Assembly (NCBI RefSeq): GCF_006345805.1
Contig: NC_042999.1
Location: forward strand, 109,802,001-109,866,000
DNA: 64,000 bases
Origin: Octopus sinensis
Lineage: Eukaryota
Direction of reading: 5' to 3'
The position numbers were made by a program, and so were the translations under genes. Positions 52,055 to 64,000 of the stretch are shown here, piece by piece. Numbering within the stretch: position 1 is the first letter of the stretch; each line of letters begins with the position of its first letter. Under the pieces are notes generated by a model, which was given only the letters and a program-made list of their open reading frames with translations, ran no database searches and had not been told where the DNA came from.

Positions 52055-52430
52055 TAATCTTTTCTTATTTTTGCACAAGGCCAGCAATTATGAGGAGTGA
52101 AGAGGTAAATTACACTGACCCCAGTACTCAATTGGTACCTATTTAATCAACCCCAAAAGGATGAAAGGCAATATTGACTGTGGATTTGAACTCAACATGA
52201 ATTAGGATGAATTGCAGCAAATGTTTCAGCCAGCTCACTGCCTTTTGAATGATAATAATAACAATGTTTCTAATTTTAGGCACCAGGTAAGAAATTCTGG
52301 GCAAGTGGGCCAGTCAGGAGCACTGACCCCCAGAACTTGAATGATACTTTATTTTATTGACCTTAGAGAGATGAAGGGCAAAGTTGACCATGGCAAGATT
52401 TGAATTCGGAATGTGACAGACTAGAACAAA
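52055..52430 (-). mobile_element. Two degenerate family A SINEs
   Basis: GGATGAAAGGC / GATGAAGGGCAAAGTTGACC motifs. Confidence 0.7.
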
Positions 52431-53679
52431 GTGGATATCAAAATGATGATGATGAAATTGTGGCATGAACTGTCATTTTGTTTAAAAAGACAATATTAAT
52501 TTTATATTAGATTTTAAGTGAAAATTGTAGTTTTTATCATTAATTAATGTGAAGAATAGAAGTGAAAACAATACTACATTCACAAGAATTGTTAAAGCTC
52601 TAGTAATAAACATAAAAATTAGATTTAAATGTAAATCCAGAATAAGAGAAGCAAACTTACAACAGAAATTTTGGAATGAAATATCATTACCACTTTAATT
52701 CATGCATCACTTTTTAGTAGTCCTAAAACTCTTTTAACAATTAATTATCAAGTAAAATGTTACTCAGAGTAATGAGAAAAAAAAAAAAAATTATGAAAAC
52801 GTTCACAATCTAGAATTAATTTCAACTCGGCATTTAGAAATAATCTTTAGAAATTAAGGAAATCTATCTAAATACCAGAGCTACTCATGTGTGAATGATG
52901 AAAGGTCATTTAATTCCTGGTTAAAGATTCTGAAGAATTCATATATTTTCTTATTGTAATTTTGGGGGCAAAAAATGAGAAATTAATTTCGTAGTAGAGA
53001 GCTGTGAGAGATGATGGGCAATTAAAACATGTTTCTAGATCAAGATTAGAGTTGGATATGAGTAAGTGTGAAGATTTAATAAAAAGTGCATTTCTTATTA
53101 TAGAACAAAATTTTTTTAAAAAATAAATAAATGAGAATATTATTATGATGCTACAATTTATTATTTATGAAATTATGAGGTACCATTACAACCTATGAAT
53201 ACATCTTTGAAAGTTAGCAGTTTTAGTTGAATCCAAGCTAAAACTACTAACTTTCATTATAATGTTTGAAAAAAAGCAAAAAGGCCAAAATATTCTATCA
53301 TATAACTCTGATTTCAGACAAATTTCAGAAATAAATATTTGGAAATTGATACACAACCTCTACAAAATATGGCTTGAACCAATAAATAAACAATATGTTT
53401 CAAATAATTGCATAAGAGTCAGCTTAAAGTTTCCTGATAAGTGATTTGACACCTGAGAAACAGCAGGTGGGATATAATGCTTTGTGGATGTGTAGCTCTT
53501 ATCAATAAGAGACAGTGAATTAAATACATACATATAAAACATATACATATCTATATATATATATTTATATATCCATGTACATTACATACATGCATGTAAA
53601 TATAAATCATCCTAAGGCATTTAAAATGCCTTTCATAAGTCCATGTTTCAAATACAACAGGGATGGTAAGAAGGTTGGT

Positions 53680-54243
53680 GCCTTTTAAGTTCCACTGGCA
53701 CAGAAGCCAGTCAAGGTGGCACTGGCATCGGCCATGTACGGATGGTGCTTTTTATGTACCTCCAGCATGGGTATCACAAATACAATTTCCATTTCATTTT
53801 TATTTTGATGTTGATGTACTTGACTCAATAGGTCTCCTCAAGCACAGCAGGTCACTATGATCCAAGGTAAGCACAGCAGGCTGTCCTGCAATCCAAGGTA
53901 CTTTTGAATGGGCTGGGGCTGGTTATATGAAGCTGATGTAGGATATAGCCATGAACTCACTTTATATGTTGGGTCTTCGCAGTCACAGCATATCTCCAGA
54001 TGTCTCGGTCTTTCATCATTACCTCTGTGAAGCCCAACGTTCGAAGGTCATGCTTGACCACTTCATCCCATGTCTTCCTGGGTCTACCTCTACCCTGGAT
54101 TCCTTCAACTGTTTAGGAGTGGCACTTCTTCACACATCTCTCCTCATCCATCCGTAGTACATGACCATACCAGCGCAAACGTCTCTCTTGCATGCCACAT
54201 CCGATGCTTCTTATGTCCAACATTTCTCTCAGGGCGCTTACAC
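53680..54243 (-). mobile_element. RTE-clade LINE 3' fragment (ORF C-terminus plus 3' UTR)
   Basis: ~53970-54243 translates ..QERRLRWYGHVLRMDEERCVKKCHS*TVEGIQGRGRPRKTWDEVVKHDL.., the classic RTE C-terminal motifs. Confidence 0.92.
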
Positions 54244-56122
54244 AGGCTGTGTGGTAAGAAGCTTGCTTCCCAACCACAAGGTTCTGGGTTCAGTCCCACT
54301 GCATGACACCTTGGGCAAGTGTCTTCTACTATAGCCTTGGGCTAATCAAAGCCTTCTGAGTGGATTTGGTAGCCAGAAACTGAAAGAAGACTATTGTGTG
54401 TGTGTGTGTGTGTGTGGTGTGTGTGTGTGTATGTGTGTGTGTCTGTGTTTGTCCCCTGACCATTGCTTGACAACTGATGTTGGTGTGTTTATGTCCCTGT
54501 AACTTAGTGGTTTGGCAAAAAAGACCAACAGAGTAAGTACTAGGCTAACAAAGAATAATTCCTGGAGTCATTTCAAGCATGGCTGCTGTCAAATGACTGA
54601 ATGTGTAAATGAATATGCATATTATATATATTTATACATATATGTGTATAAATGTGTGTGTCTGTGTGTGTGAGTGAGTGTGTCTTTGTGTGTACATGGA
54701 GTGTGTAATATATTTATATAAACAAATCAACACCAGTTGTGAAACAATGAGAGTCAAACATACACATTCATACAAAGTTTGTATATGAAACGCTTCTGCA
54801 CAATTTCCACCAACTAAATTGATTCATGCTTTTCAAAAATATAAAATAACCCCTTTGTGAGCAGTCCTTTGTCTACCAAATGTACTCATGTCTTTTAAAA
54901 ATTTATTATAATAACCTCTTCATGAGTAGTATGTAAGGATGGATACGTCCAACTAGTGACAGCATCACACACACACACACACACACATAAACACTCACAC
55001 ACACACACACACTTGTATGCATGCACAGAGAGAAATGGTGATGCAAAAAATGCAATGGAGAAGGTGAAGAAATGAAGGTGAACAAAGAAAGTGAATATGA
55101 TAAAGATGATATTGAAAGAAAAATATAACAAAAAGGGAAAATATGAAATGGGCAGGTAAGACTATAAATGTAAAGGACAATGATGATTGTGAAACTTGAG
55201 GCTTTGAAACCTTGGTTACTGAGGCCTTGATGCTGAGGGAGAGTCGTTGAAAGTAGTGGCCATAGCAATGAAAGTGCTGTCTTTGTGATATTATTGACAA
55301 TAATGGCAGTTGTGATGTTGATGGTATTGGAAAAATGATTATGATTACAGTGTTGATGATGATGATGATGATGATGATGATGTAGACAATGACAGTGATG
55401 AGAAAATGGTGATAATGTTATTGTTGGGGTAGAGTTTCTCATCCTTGCAAAGTAATCAATAAAAAGTTAAGAGCAAGCTGGCTTAAAGATAAACACACTA
55501 CTTTTCAGAATATGAATCAGCAATTCTGCTAACATGACATTGAAGGAAAAAAACTGCCTGTGACTTAGCTATGAACTATATCTTTTGACTTACTTCTTTA
55601 GTTGTCTAGCTAATGAATAAAATGCTTCACAACATTCTTGTGAATAAAAACTGTTCTTGATTTTTATGCAAAAACTCTTGACGACTTTAACCAAGAATGA
55701 ACGTTGTTCTCGATTTTCCAATGAACAATCACTGTTAACAACTTCCTAGTGAACAAAAAACTAAAACACAATAGAGTACAAAGTTTATCTATTCACTGTT
55801 TCAGAATCTCTTAAAGTTGGAGATCAAAAGCACTGGGGGATGTTAGCACAGCTAATAATAAAATTAACTTGATATTGAATAGTATGTAGCAGAAAAAACA
55901 TGTACAGGTGGAGGAGGTTATTATAGAGATGCAGTTATCCACAAGAAATACAGGGTAGTAAACAGAAATTGGTCATTGACTTACTTATTTACAATATTCT
56001 GGTGAATGACCAATGTTTGTTATTTTCTTATGAGCTGGGATTGTCCAACTTCTATTAACTTTTAGGTATTATAGATAAACTTCATACAATTATAAAATGA
56101 GATATCACAGTGGATACGACTT

Positions 56123-56428
56123 GTTGTTTTTGTTTCCTTCTTGGGCTATTCCTGGCTCATAGGGCCAGTTTCTGGTTTCCTTGGCATATAGATTCCCCAC
56201 CTGGATGGGACGCCGGTCCGTTGCAGGTGAGCTGCAAGATGCAGGAGGAAAGAGTGAGAGAAAGTTGTGGTGAAAGAGTCAGCAGAAGTTCGCCATTACC
56301 TTCTGCCAGAGCCGCGTGGAGCTTAGGTGTTTCGCTCATAAACACACACATCACCCGGTTTGAGATTCAAACCCACGATCCCTCGACCGCGAATCCACTG
56401 CTCTAACCACTAGGCTATGTGCCTCCAC
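56123..56428 (-). mobile_element. SINE with family C head and family D-type tail, with TSD
   Basis: Head and body match 7727-7900; tail matches 9068-9160; degenerate TSD GTGGATACGACTT (56110-56122) / GTGGACATGACTT (56429-56441). Confidence 0.85.
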
Positions 56429-57383
56429 GTGGACATGACTTAGAAAATTACGAGATATTTCCTGACATGGTGGACATATTTTTCTAAGTATGAGATATTT
56501 CATTGTATTTAAGAAGAAACTCAAGTTTTCTGCTTCTAAAATAAAGTGATATAATTAGAAGAGCACAATAGTATAAAATGTAATTTATTGTGAATAAAGT
56601 AAAAAGATAACAGCTGAAGTAGCAGTTTAGAATTTTAACAGTTGACTCCAAGATTTCAGAAAGTTTGTCATCCTCATCTGGCTCAGCAGCATCATTAGTA
56701 CTAAGATTGCTCTCTTTATCTGTCTTTCTCTCTTCCTCACCATACACCAGTTCTGTAAGATTCTAACTCAGTTCTCTATATTTCCAGTTTCATTCTTTCA
56801 TCCATCAAGTATTACATTCTATAGATCAGACCAAACAAATTTGATAAAATACATACAAACGAAAACAGTAACATTTGCATGTCTGTCTTTGAAGAAAAGA
56901 GAAATGTAAAGAAATTAAGATTTTTACCATGCTTAACAAGAACTCTGAAGAATGGATTTTGCTTAGGCACTTGCAAACAATGCAACAAATGTATGAGACA
57001 TCTAGCCTGTTGACAGGCAGAACATTCCACCAAAAGCTGGAATTAGTTCCTGAGGAGCTCGCTCTTATATTTCTAAACCCAAATGAATCACAAGTTATTT
57101 AGAAAATAATGTAAAAGAAGGGAAGGAATTTTGCAATTAATTTTTGAATATGATGAGACAAAAATAAGACATGTGAAAGCCAAATGTAACAGTCTTCAAG
57201 ATCCATACAGCTATCAAAGTTAAAATGACAGATATAAACAGGTCTTGCTTCCTTTCATTATCTCTTCTGCTATACTCCATCAACTTTTTTTTAATACAGA
57301 TTGGTAATTTAATACCGAATTCAGAAGTTATACATATCTAGTAAGCAACTTGATCAGAGATTCTATGTTGAAACTGAAGCAAC

Positions 57384-57572
57384 TACATCATGGAAGGGCC
57401 ATTTAAAAACATGCAAAGCTGTTAAATTCACTTTAGATTCAAATTTACTTAATGAGGTGTCAGATTCCCACTATAAAACAGTGACCTGGTCATTGATGGA
57501 GTTCCATTGCAATAGTTTAAATCTAAAGTGAATTTAATAGCTTTGTATGTTAAATGGGCTTTCCACAAAGTA
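57384..57572. repeat. Hairpin / MITE-like inverted repeat
   Basis: GGAAGGGCCATTTAA..CAAAGCTGTTAAATTCACTTTAGATT pairs with AATCTAAAGTGAATTTAATAGCTTTG..TTAAATGGGCTTTCC. Confidence 0.8.
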
Positions 57573-58384
57573 GGTGTAACTAAATTTAGTTATTTTCATA
57601 AATAGCAGGATGCTATCAACAGATGGTATTTATTTTTTTCAAATAAATAGACTAAGCAGAGTACAGGTAATGTGTCATTTGTGAACAGGAGCAATACAAT
57701 GTCAAAGGTCGCATTTGACATAATAAACTTTGGTTTGAAACTGAGGATGAAACTTTAACCATATTTCTAGTTTCTGAAGCTTAAACATAGCAAGTATACT
57801 AAACATCTGTTTTGTTGACAAGGAAAAACATTCCAATAAAAAAAATAAGACTAATATTTTGTGACTCTTGTTTTACAAAAAGAAATTAAAAAAAAACAAC
57901 GTTGATAGTATAAGAACTGACATAACCAAGCACAGGCAGATCTGTGTAACCACTGTAAAACAGATGTTAAACGATAATGATAAGTGTGTGCGTATGTGGT
58001 GTTTGGTTGGCTATAGGTTTTGTCAAGTGTAATTATCATTTAAGATGGATGTTCATGCACTGCAAGGAAAATGGTAAAACTTCAGTTTTGAGAATTTATC
58101 ATAGCTAGACTTGTATTTTGCTAGAAGTTTATTCCTTACATGCATGTACACACACACACACACATTTACTGTCAAGCTCTATAGGTAAGAGTGTTATCTA
58201 TGGCTTCAATGAGGTCCTCTTAGAAATGAAAGAATAGTCAAGTAAGAGTTGTACTGATACTATGAAATTTAAAATTACTATTCAATAAAACTAAAAAAAA
58301 ACGTAGTTCCACAGCAAGACAGTGCTCCAAGTGTTTGGAGTAAATTATATAACTTTATAATCATGGACAACTCATTGGTTATTA

Positions 58385-58562
58385 CAGTTCTATATTTAAG
58401 AGATGAGGAATTATGTACATTATTTACATTATTTACATTTGACGGATATTTGTCCTCTTCTTGTTTGTTGTTAACACATTTCGACTGATATACTCTCCAG
58501 CCTTCTTCAGGTATCTTGGGGAAATTTCGAACCTGGGTTCTCATTCCTAAGGTATTCTTCGA

Positions 58563-58602
<40 letters not shown>

Positions 58603-58805
58603 GTTGTTCAGGTCACTGCTTGGAATTGAACTCAGAATCTTGGGGTTAGTAGCCCATGCTCTTAACCATTACGCCATATGCCCGTGGTCATATGGCATAG
58701 TGGTTAAGACACCTGAAGAAGGCTGGAGGGTATATCAGCCGAAACGTTGAGTTAACAACAAACAAGATGAGGACAAATATCCGTCAAATGTAAATAATGT
58801 AAATA
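58385..58805. mobile_element. Palindromic tRNA-head/hammerhead element (copy 2, opposite orientation to copy 1)
   Basis: Full minus arm with tRNA-like head GGCATATGGCGTAATGGTTAAG..GAGTTCAATTCC (58611-58682); palindromic centre CCATATGCCCGTGGTCATATGG; internally deleted plus arm. Confidence 0.88.
58708..58753 (+). ncRNA. Minimal (dimer-type) type I hammerhead ribozyme motif
   Basis: GACAC CTGAAGA A GGCTG GAGGGTATAT CAGCC GAAAC GTT GAGTT: intact CUGANGA/GAAA core, 5-bp stem II, palindromic AACGTT as stem III, one mismatch in stem I. Confidence 0.72.
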
Positions 58806-59994
58806 AACCGATTGGTGTTTGTGATTTAGTTTAAAGAATTAAAATAGACAATGTGACTCTGATCTTTGGGACCAAAAAGATATATCTGAGGGATGATTTG
58901 CTATTATGTCAACAGGCTGAATGACTTGTACACAAAGGCTTTCTCATTCACATGCTACCCAAATCTAGAATGGTAAAGTAAAACTGAAGCAATGAAATAC
59001 TTTGGTTATGGCTTCCTCCTCCTCCTCCTCCTCATCATCATCATCACCCCCCACCACCATTATCACTGCTGCTACTGCTACTGCTCCTACTACTACTACT
59101 ACTACTACTACTATACTACTACTACTACCACCACTATAATTTTTTCAAGTATATTTTGTTTTTATTCTATTTTGAATGACAAATTTCTTGGATCTCCCTT
59201 TGGGATCTTATCAAAATAGTCTCGCTTCTATGAATAATGAGAAAACTAAGTGTAAGTGGATGGAGGTGGAGACTACATTATTGAACAGAGTTTAGGGGAG
59301 GAATTCCCCAAAGGACACTATGAAATTATGAAAATGGATCAATTGTTATGTATTTGATTGAGAAAGGAATAACATCAAATGGAAAACCGAAGTCTCTCGC
59401 TTCTTTTTCCTCTTCAACCATTTCAGTCACACTCTTTCTCTCACTCGCCTTCTCTGATACTATGTTCTTACTACCAACAACTCTCTTCTTTTCTCATGCA
59501 TTCAGTCAAAAATAGTTTTAAAAAATAATAGGTACTCGCTGCTACTGCCACTGCTGTTCCTTGCCAAAGTCTTCAAAAAGGATCCATATAACCCATTAAG
59601 TCTACATGGCTAACCATCCATTAATAAATGTTGAGAAAAAAAAAGTGATTAGCTTGAAAATTTGTAAACTATGGTATATATATAAATATTCTTTGAAATG
59701 ATTTTTGTTTCTTTCTCATTATTATTATTATTATGATTATTATCAATAATAATAATAATGATAATGACTATAATAATAATATGAATATGATTACATTTGA
59801 CACTGAACAATAACTGAGAAGAATCAGTTAAGCACGTGACAAAGGTAGTGAAACAATTGTTTCTTTTAAATTCTGAATTTAAATTCTGCCAGGATTCAGT
59901 TTCTCTTTACATTCTTCAGGAGGAAATAAAATAAGTACCAGTCAAATACTGGGGTTTGACTTCAGCAACCAAACTGTTTCAAAATGAGTTACAC

Positions 59995-60365
59995 TATCCT
60001 TTCTGCTATAGGCACAAGGTCTAAAATTTTGTGGGAGGGGACTAGTCAATTTCATTGATCCCAGTGTTTCACTGGTACTTAATTTATTGACCCCAAAAGG
60101 ATGAAAAGCAAAGTCGACCTTGGTGGAATTTGACTGAAACAAATAAAAGAATTAAAAAAATAATAGTGCTAACAACTTTGAGAAAAGATATGGATTAATG
60201 AATTACACAAGCCCAGTACTTGACCGGTACTTCATTTCAACAACCCCCAAGGAGAAGAATGCCAAAGCTGACCTCAGCAAGATTTCAACTCAGGATATAA
60301 AGAGCTGGAACAAATACCATAAAACATTTCGTCTAATATTATATAACATTTCTTCTAGCTCACTG
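59995..60365 (-). mobile_element. Two family A SINE copies
   Basis: GGATGAAAAGCAAAGTCGACC and GCCAAAGCTGACCTC motifs. Confidence 0.7.
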
Positions 60366-61249
60366 TCTTTAACTCTTTCGTTACCAACCCAGCTGAAACC
60401 GCCTCTGGCTCTGTAGTACAAATGTTCTAATCCTGAGTAGTGAATTGGTAGAACTGTTAGAGGGGTCAGGAAAGTTGCCTCTTGGTATTTGCTTTGGCTT
60501 TTTGCAATGGCTGACGACAATGCCTGCAACAACACTAATAATGCAAAACTGTATTTGTCCAAGTTGGTGACCTTTCCCTTGGATAAACATTGGTGTCAAT
60601 TGGAGGAGAAACTTGCATGCATAGGCAACTGCCAAAATTTTAAAAAATCATGTCTAGTCTTGTGCAATGATACATAGATGCTTAGTCAGCTTTGGCCAAT
60701 GGAAGCCCTAGTTAGAATATGTTGCTAGGAAACCAGTTAATAAAAGAAAAGAAGGTTCATAAGTAAATTTGTTATTATTTATCCCTGCCTCCATAGTTTC
60801 TCTAACTGTATTTGAACTGGAAAATTTTTTATAATTTTTCATTTTGTGACATTTATTAAACTGATATTTGCAAATGCACACTACCATTATTTTCTGTAGA
60901 CTTTGGAGTTTTATTCTGACATACACTCAAATTAATGTTGGTATACTGTTGACCAGTAATACTTGAAAATATGTGACTCAGTAGCTTGTGATGGAATATA
61001 GTATGATCATAAGAAGGTCTCTGAATAAATTAAGAGAAGCGAGTAAAAGGAAGTGACAGAAAAATATAAAAATAACTGAATAAAATCCAAGGAGATTTTC
61101 ATAATCAGCCATCAGTTTATAGCAATGATTTATGGATGATATAACTTTGTCTTTAAGGAATCCTATTTTCCTGCTTCTCGCAAGGACAGCATTGGAATTT
61201 TACATCTTTTTCAAAATTAATAGTTGGACTTATAGTTAACACTCAGGTT

Positions 61250-61700
61250 CTAAGGTAGTGAACTGGTAGAATTGTTAGCACGCCATGCGAATTGCATAGC
61301 GGTATTTCATCTGCTGCTACATTTTGAGTTCAAATTCTGCTGAGGTCGACTTTGCCTTTCATCCTTTTGAGGTCGATAAATTAAGTACCAGTTATGCACT
61401 GGAGTTGATGTAATCGACTTAATCCTTTGTCTGTCCTTGTTTGTCCCCTCTATATTTATCCCCTTGTGGGCAATAAAGAAATAAGAATTGTTAGATTACT
61501 GGGCACAATGCCTTGTGGCATGCTGCTTTTCTTTACATTCTGAGTTCAAATCCTGCTGAGGTCTTTGTCTTTCATCCTTTCAGGGTAGAGAAATTAAGTA
61601 CCAGTTGAGCACTTTGGTTGATCTAATTGACTTCCTCACCCATCAAAATTGATGCTGTTGAAACTTGTACTACTTGTGCCAAAATTGGAAACCAATTAAT
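61250..61700 (+). mobile_element. Tandem family A SINE dimer
   Basis: Two GAGTTCAAAT..CTTTCATCCTTT..AAGTACCAG units. Confidence 0.85.
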
Positions 61701-64000
61701 ACTCAGGATGAGAATTACAAATGGTTTCTCATCTCACTATGTGACTAATCTACCAACTGGATAACTTAAATATTTTGAAACATTGGAGTAGTAACAATGT
61801 GTCAGACTGTTTGAAATAAAGCCTAATGTAATTGCTGATAGACTATTTAGCTTTCATCACTTGATTTCAGAAATATACGAATAGCATGCACAAAAATATC
61901 TGTTGAAACAAAATACACAATAACACTTGCTAAAAGCTAACACATGACTATATACCAGTTGACATACAGCAGTGTTGATGGAATTATTTCATTTAGTTAT
62001 AAATATACTCAGGAATGCACACATATACAAGCAAAACAGACACATAAACATGCAGGCTTCAACCTATAATGAATGGAAAGCACTAAAATTTCACTGTTCT
62101 TTGTGGTAACTTAGTGTACATCAGCATAAATCCTAAAGAGAAAACTGCCATATATCTGAACCCTATATACATCATAAGAAGATTTTCCTAAACACACAGA
62201 CAGATATGCCCACACCTCTTAACAATACATCAATTAGTAATGAGATTGCCCTTGTGTGTAGCAAATTTACTTTGGAGCAAGAATCAAAAGCATTATAGAG
62301 TGGACAAAAATTATTTGATAACACTGAAGATGATTGCAGAAAAGTAAATATATACTTTTGAATAAAATTAAAATAAAAAGAATACATTAATTTAAAGTGC
62401 ATTATCTACAAAACGTAGCCAAAATATCTTGTACTATACAAAAGTATGCCCTTTACAATCTAGGTGTACTACAACATGACTATGTTTTATATGTAAGTAT
62501 GCCTTCTACAATTTGACTTACACTGCATAAGATTCTATCTGTTTTAATGTTTGAGTCGCTAACACTACCCCACCACCATCACATCCAAGCAAGGCTATTT
62601 CAAACATTTTAAAAATACAATGGAATTAAATTTGTTGAAATGAAATTTGTTCACTTTATTTATTAGCACTCTTATGTTATTGCCTTCTCCAGACACATAC
62701 ACACACACAAAGTTTGAAAAAAAAAGTTTAAAAACAGATTAAAAAACTGAAAAAAAAAAAAGGTAATAAAATTATGTAGACTAACACATTTTCTAATTAG
62801 ATAGAATGGTAAATGAAATCTGTCGAACATTCACCAGCAGAAGACAATAGAATTAAGGTATCTTTAATTGCCTGGTAAAAACAATAAAGAGTTTCACCCT
62901 AACATGATTTCCACTGTAGATAGCAAAGCTAATAATACTTTTTTTTCCTGTGAACACTGTAAAGAGAGAGAATTGCTCAAATAGCAACTTCACAAAAAAA
63001 GAATAAATCCATTTCAGTAAAAAGATTTTGGTTTGTTTACCTTGTAATTTTTTGATTTATTTTTGGGTTTTTGTTTCATATTTGTTTATCAATTTTTTTT
63101 TTATTGTCACCTACCTCTACCAGCTAGTTTTGTATACCTACTGTCTACATTGCTACAGCAAAAAAAAAAAACCCCAAAAAACTACTTTGTGTTAAGATTT
63201 TGGTGATTGGTAAATAAATAAACTATAGCAAAGATGAGGGTAGAGATTTGTCAGAGACTGTGCCCAATTTGATTACCAATGTAACTTACATAATCATCAC
63301 AGGTGCCACTTCTACAATCCTTTAAGAAAGCTTGGGATTGTATTATTGTTATTTGCTTGAGGCAAGCTTATTTTCAAATCCCATTATTTTTTTGCCTTTA
63401 TTCTTTAACATTTTTTTTTTACTTCTTGGAAGTTTCTGTGGAGAAGCATTTCTTTTTCTTTATATATATCTTTTTACCTTACTTGTGATAGTTATCTATT
63501 TATTTACTTTTGTTGCCTATCCCTCAATAAGTCTTGTATTGATTAGAAAGTTAGCTGATAAGAAGTCTGCATTTCCATTTGACTTGCTTTTTTTTTTTTC
63601 TTTTCTATATCCCCTGCAGTAAGTAATGGGATATTGGAGAGAGTGGTCGTGGCAAAGGAAATGAGGTTAGGGAAGTAAAAATTAGCTAAACAGGACCAAA
63701 TAACTCAGGAAACGGAGTTAAGTGTTGTTGACATGCACAATGTCTTGGCACAGAAAGACAGTACATAATGCTCAGTTTCTCGATAATAAAAGACAACAAT
63801 GTACTTAGAGATAAGGTGAGAAATAAAGATATTAGCACCAACAAAAGTGTAATATATAACTGCAGAGATTACGTAGAATGTTCAAGGTCTGTTTGTTCAG
63901 TTGCAACAATTTATGTGCAATATGCTATGACTTCTAAGAAACCCTGCACATTAATTTTATAGGTTTACAACTGCAGGTTTTGTTGGACTAATACTTCTGT

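Noticed and set aside
56484-57060. Acidic ORF and an FWW motif suggesting an exon or a hAT transposase C-terminus
   Set aside because: No clean splice sites and broken frames; similarity too weak to call beyond a possible decayed transposon.
58611-58682. tRNA gene
   Set aside because: Has A/B boxes but is embedded in a repeated element with no proper acceptor stem or terminator; it is a SINE-type head. The same applies to 7727-7800.
60290-60562. ORF with a signal-peptide-like start
   Set aside because: TTG start, runs into a piggyBac MITE fragment and a SINE, and has no supporting splice structure.

Overview
AT-rich eukaryotic DNA packed with microsatellites. The SINE families, RTE fragments and (TA)n/(AAT)n landscape look like an octopod cephalopod (Octopus-like) genome; this is inferred, not verified. 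Almost all listed ORFs are translations of microsatellites or repeats. The only well-supported coding signal is three short minus-strand exons (35730-35829, 35089-35128, 31997-32036). They splice in frame to an unidentified 60-aa N-terminus and lie in a CpG-retaining domain (~30.1-38.7 kb), followed by an intron of more than 30 kb. The rest is mobile DNA: several tRNA-derived SINE families, RTE LINE remnants, Tigger/mariner/piggyBac/hAT non-autonomous elements and long hairpins. The most interesting signal is a set of Penelope-type minimal hammerhead-ribozyme motifs. These include a palindromic element with two divergent tRNA-like heads, each followed by a hammerhead (two copies, one with an 11-bp TSD), and a nearly intact type I hammerhead embedded in a (TA)n microsatellite. 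Repeat boundaries are approximate unless a TSD or TIR is given.
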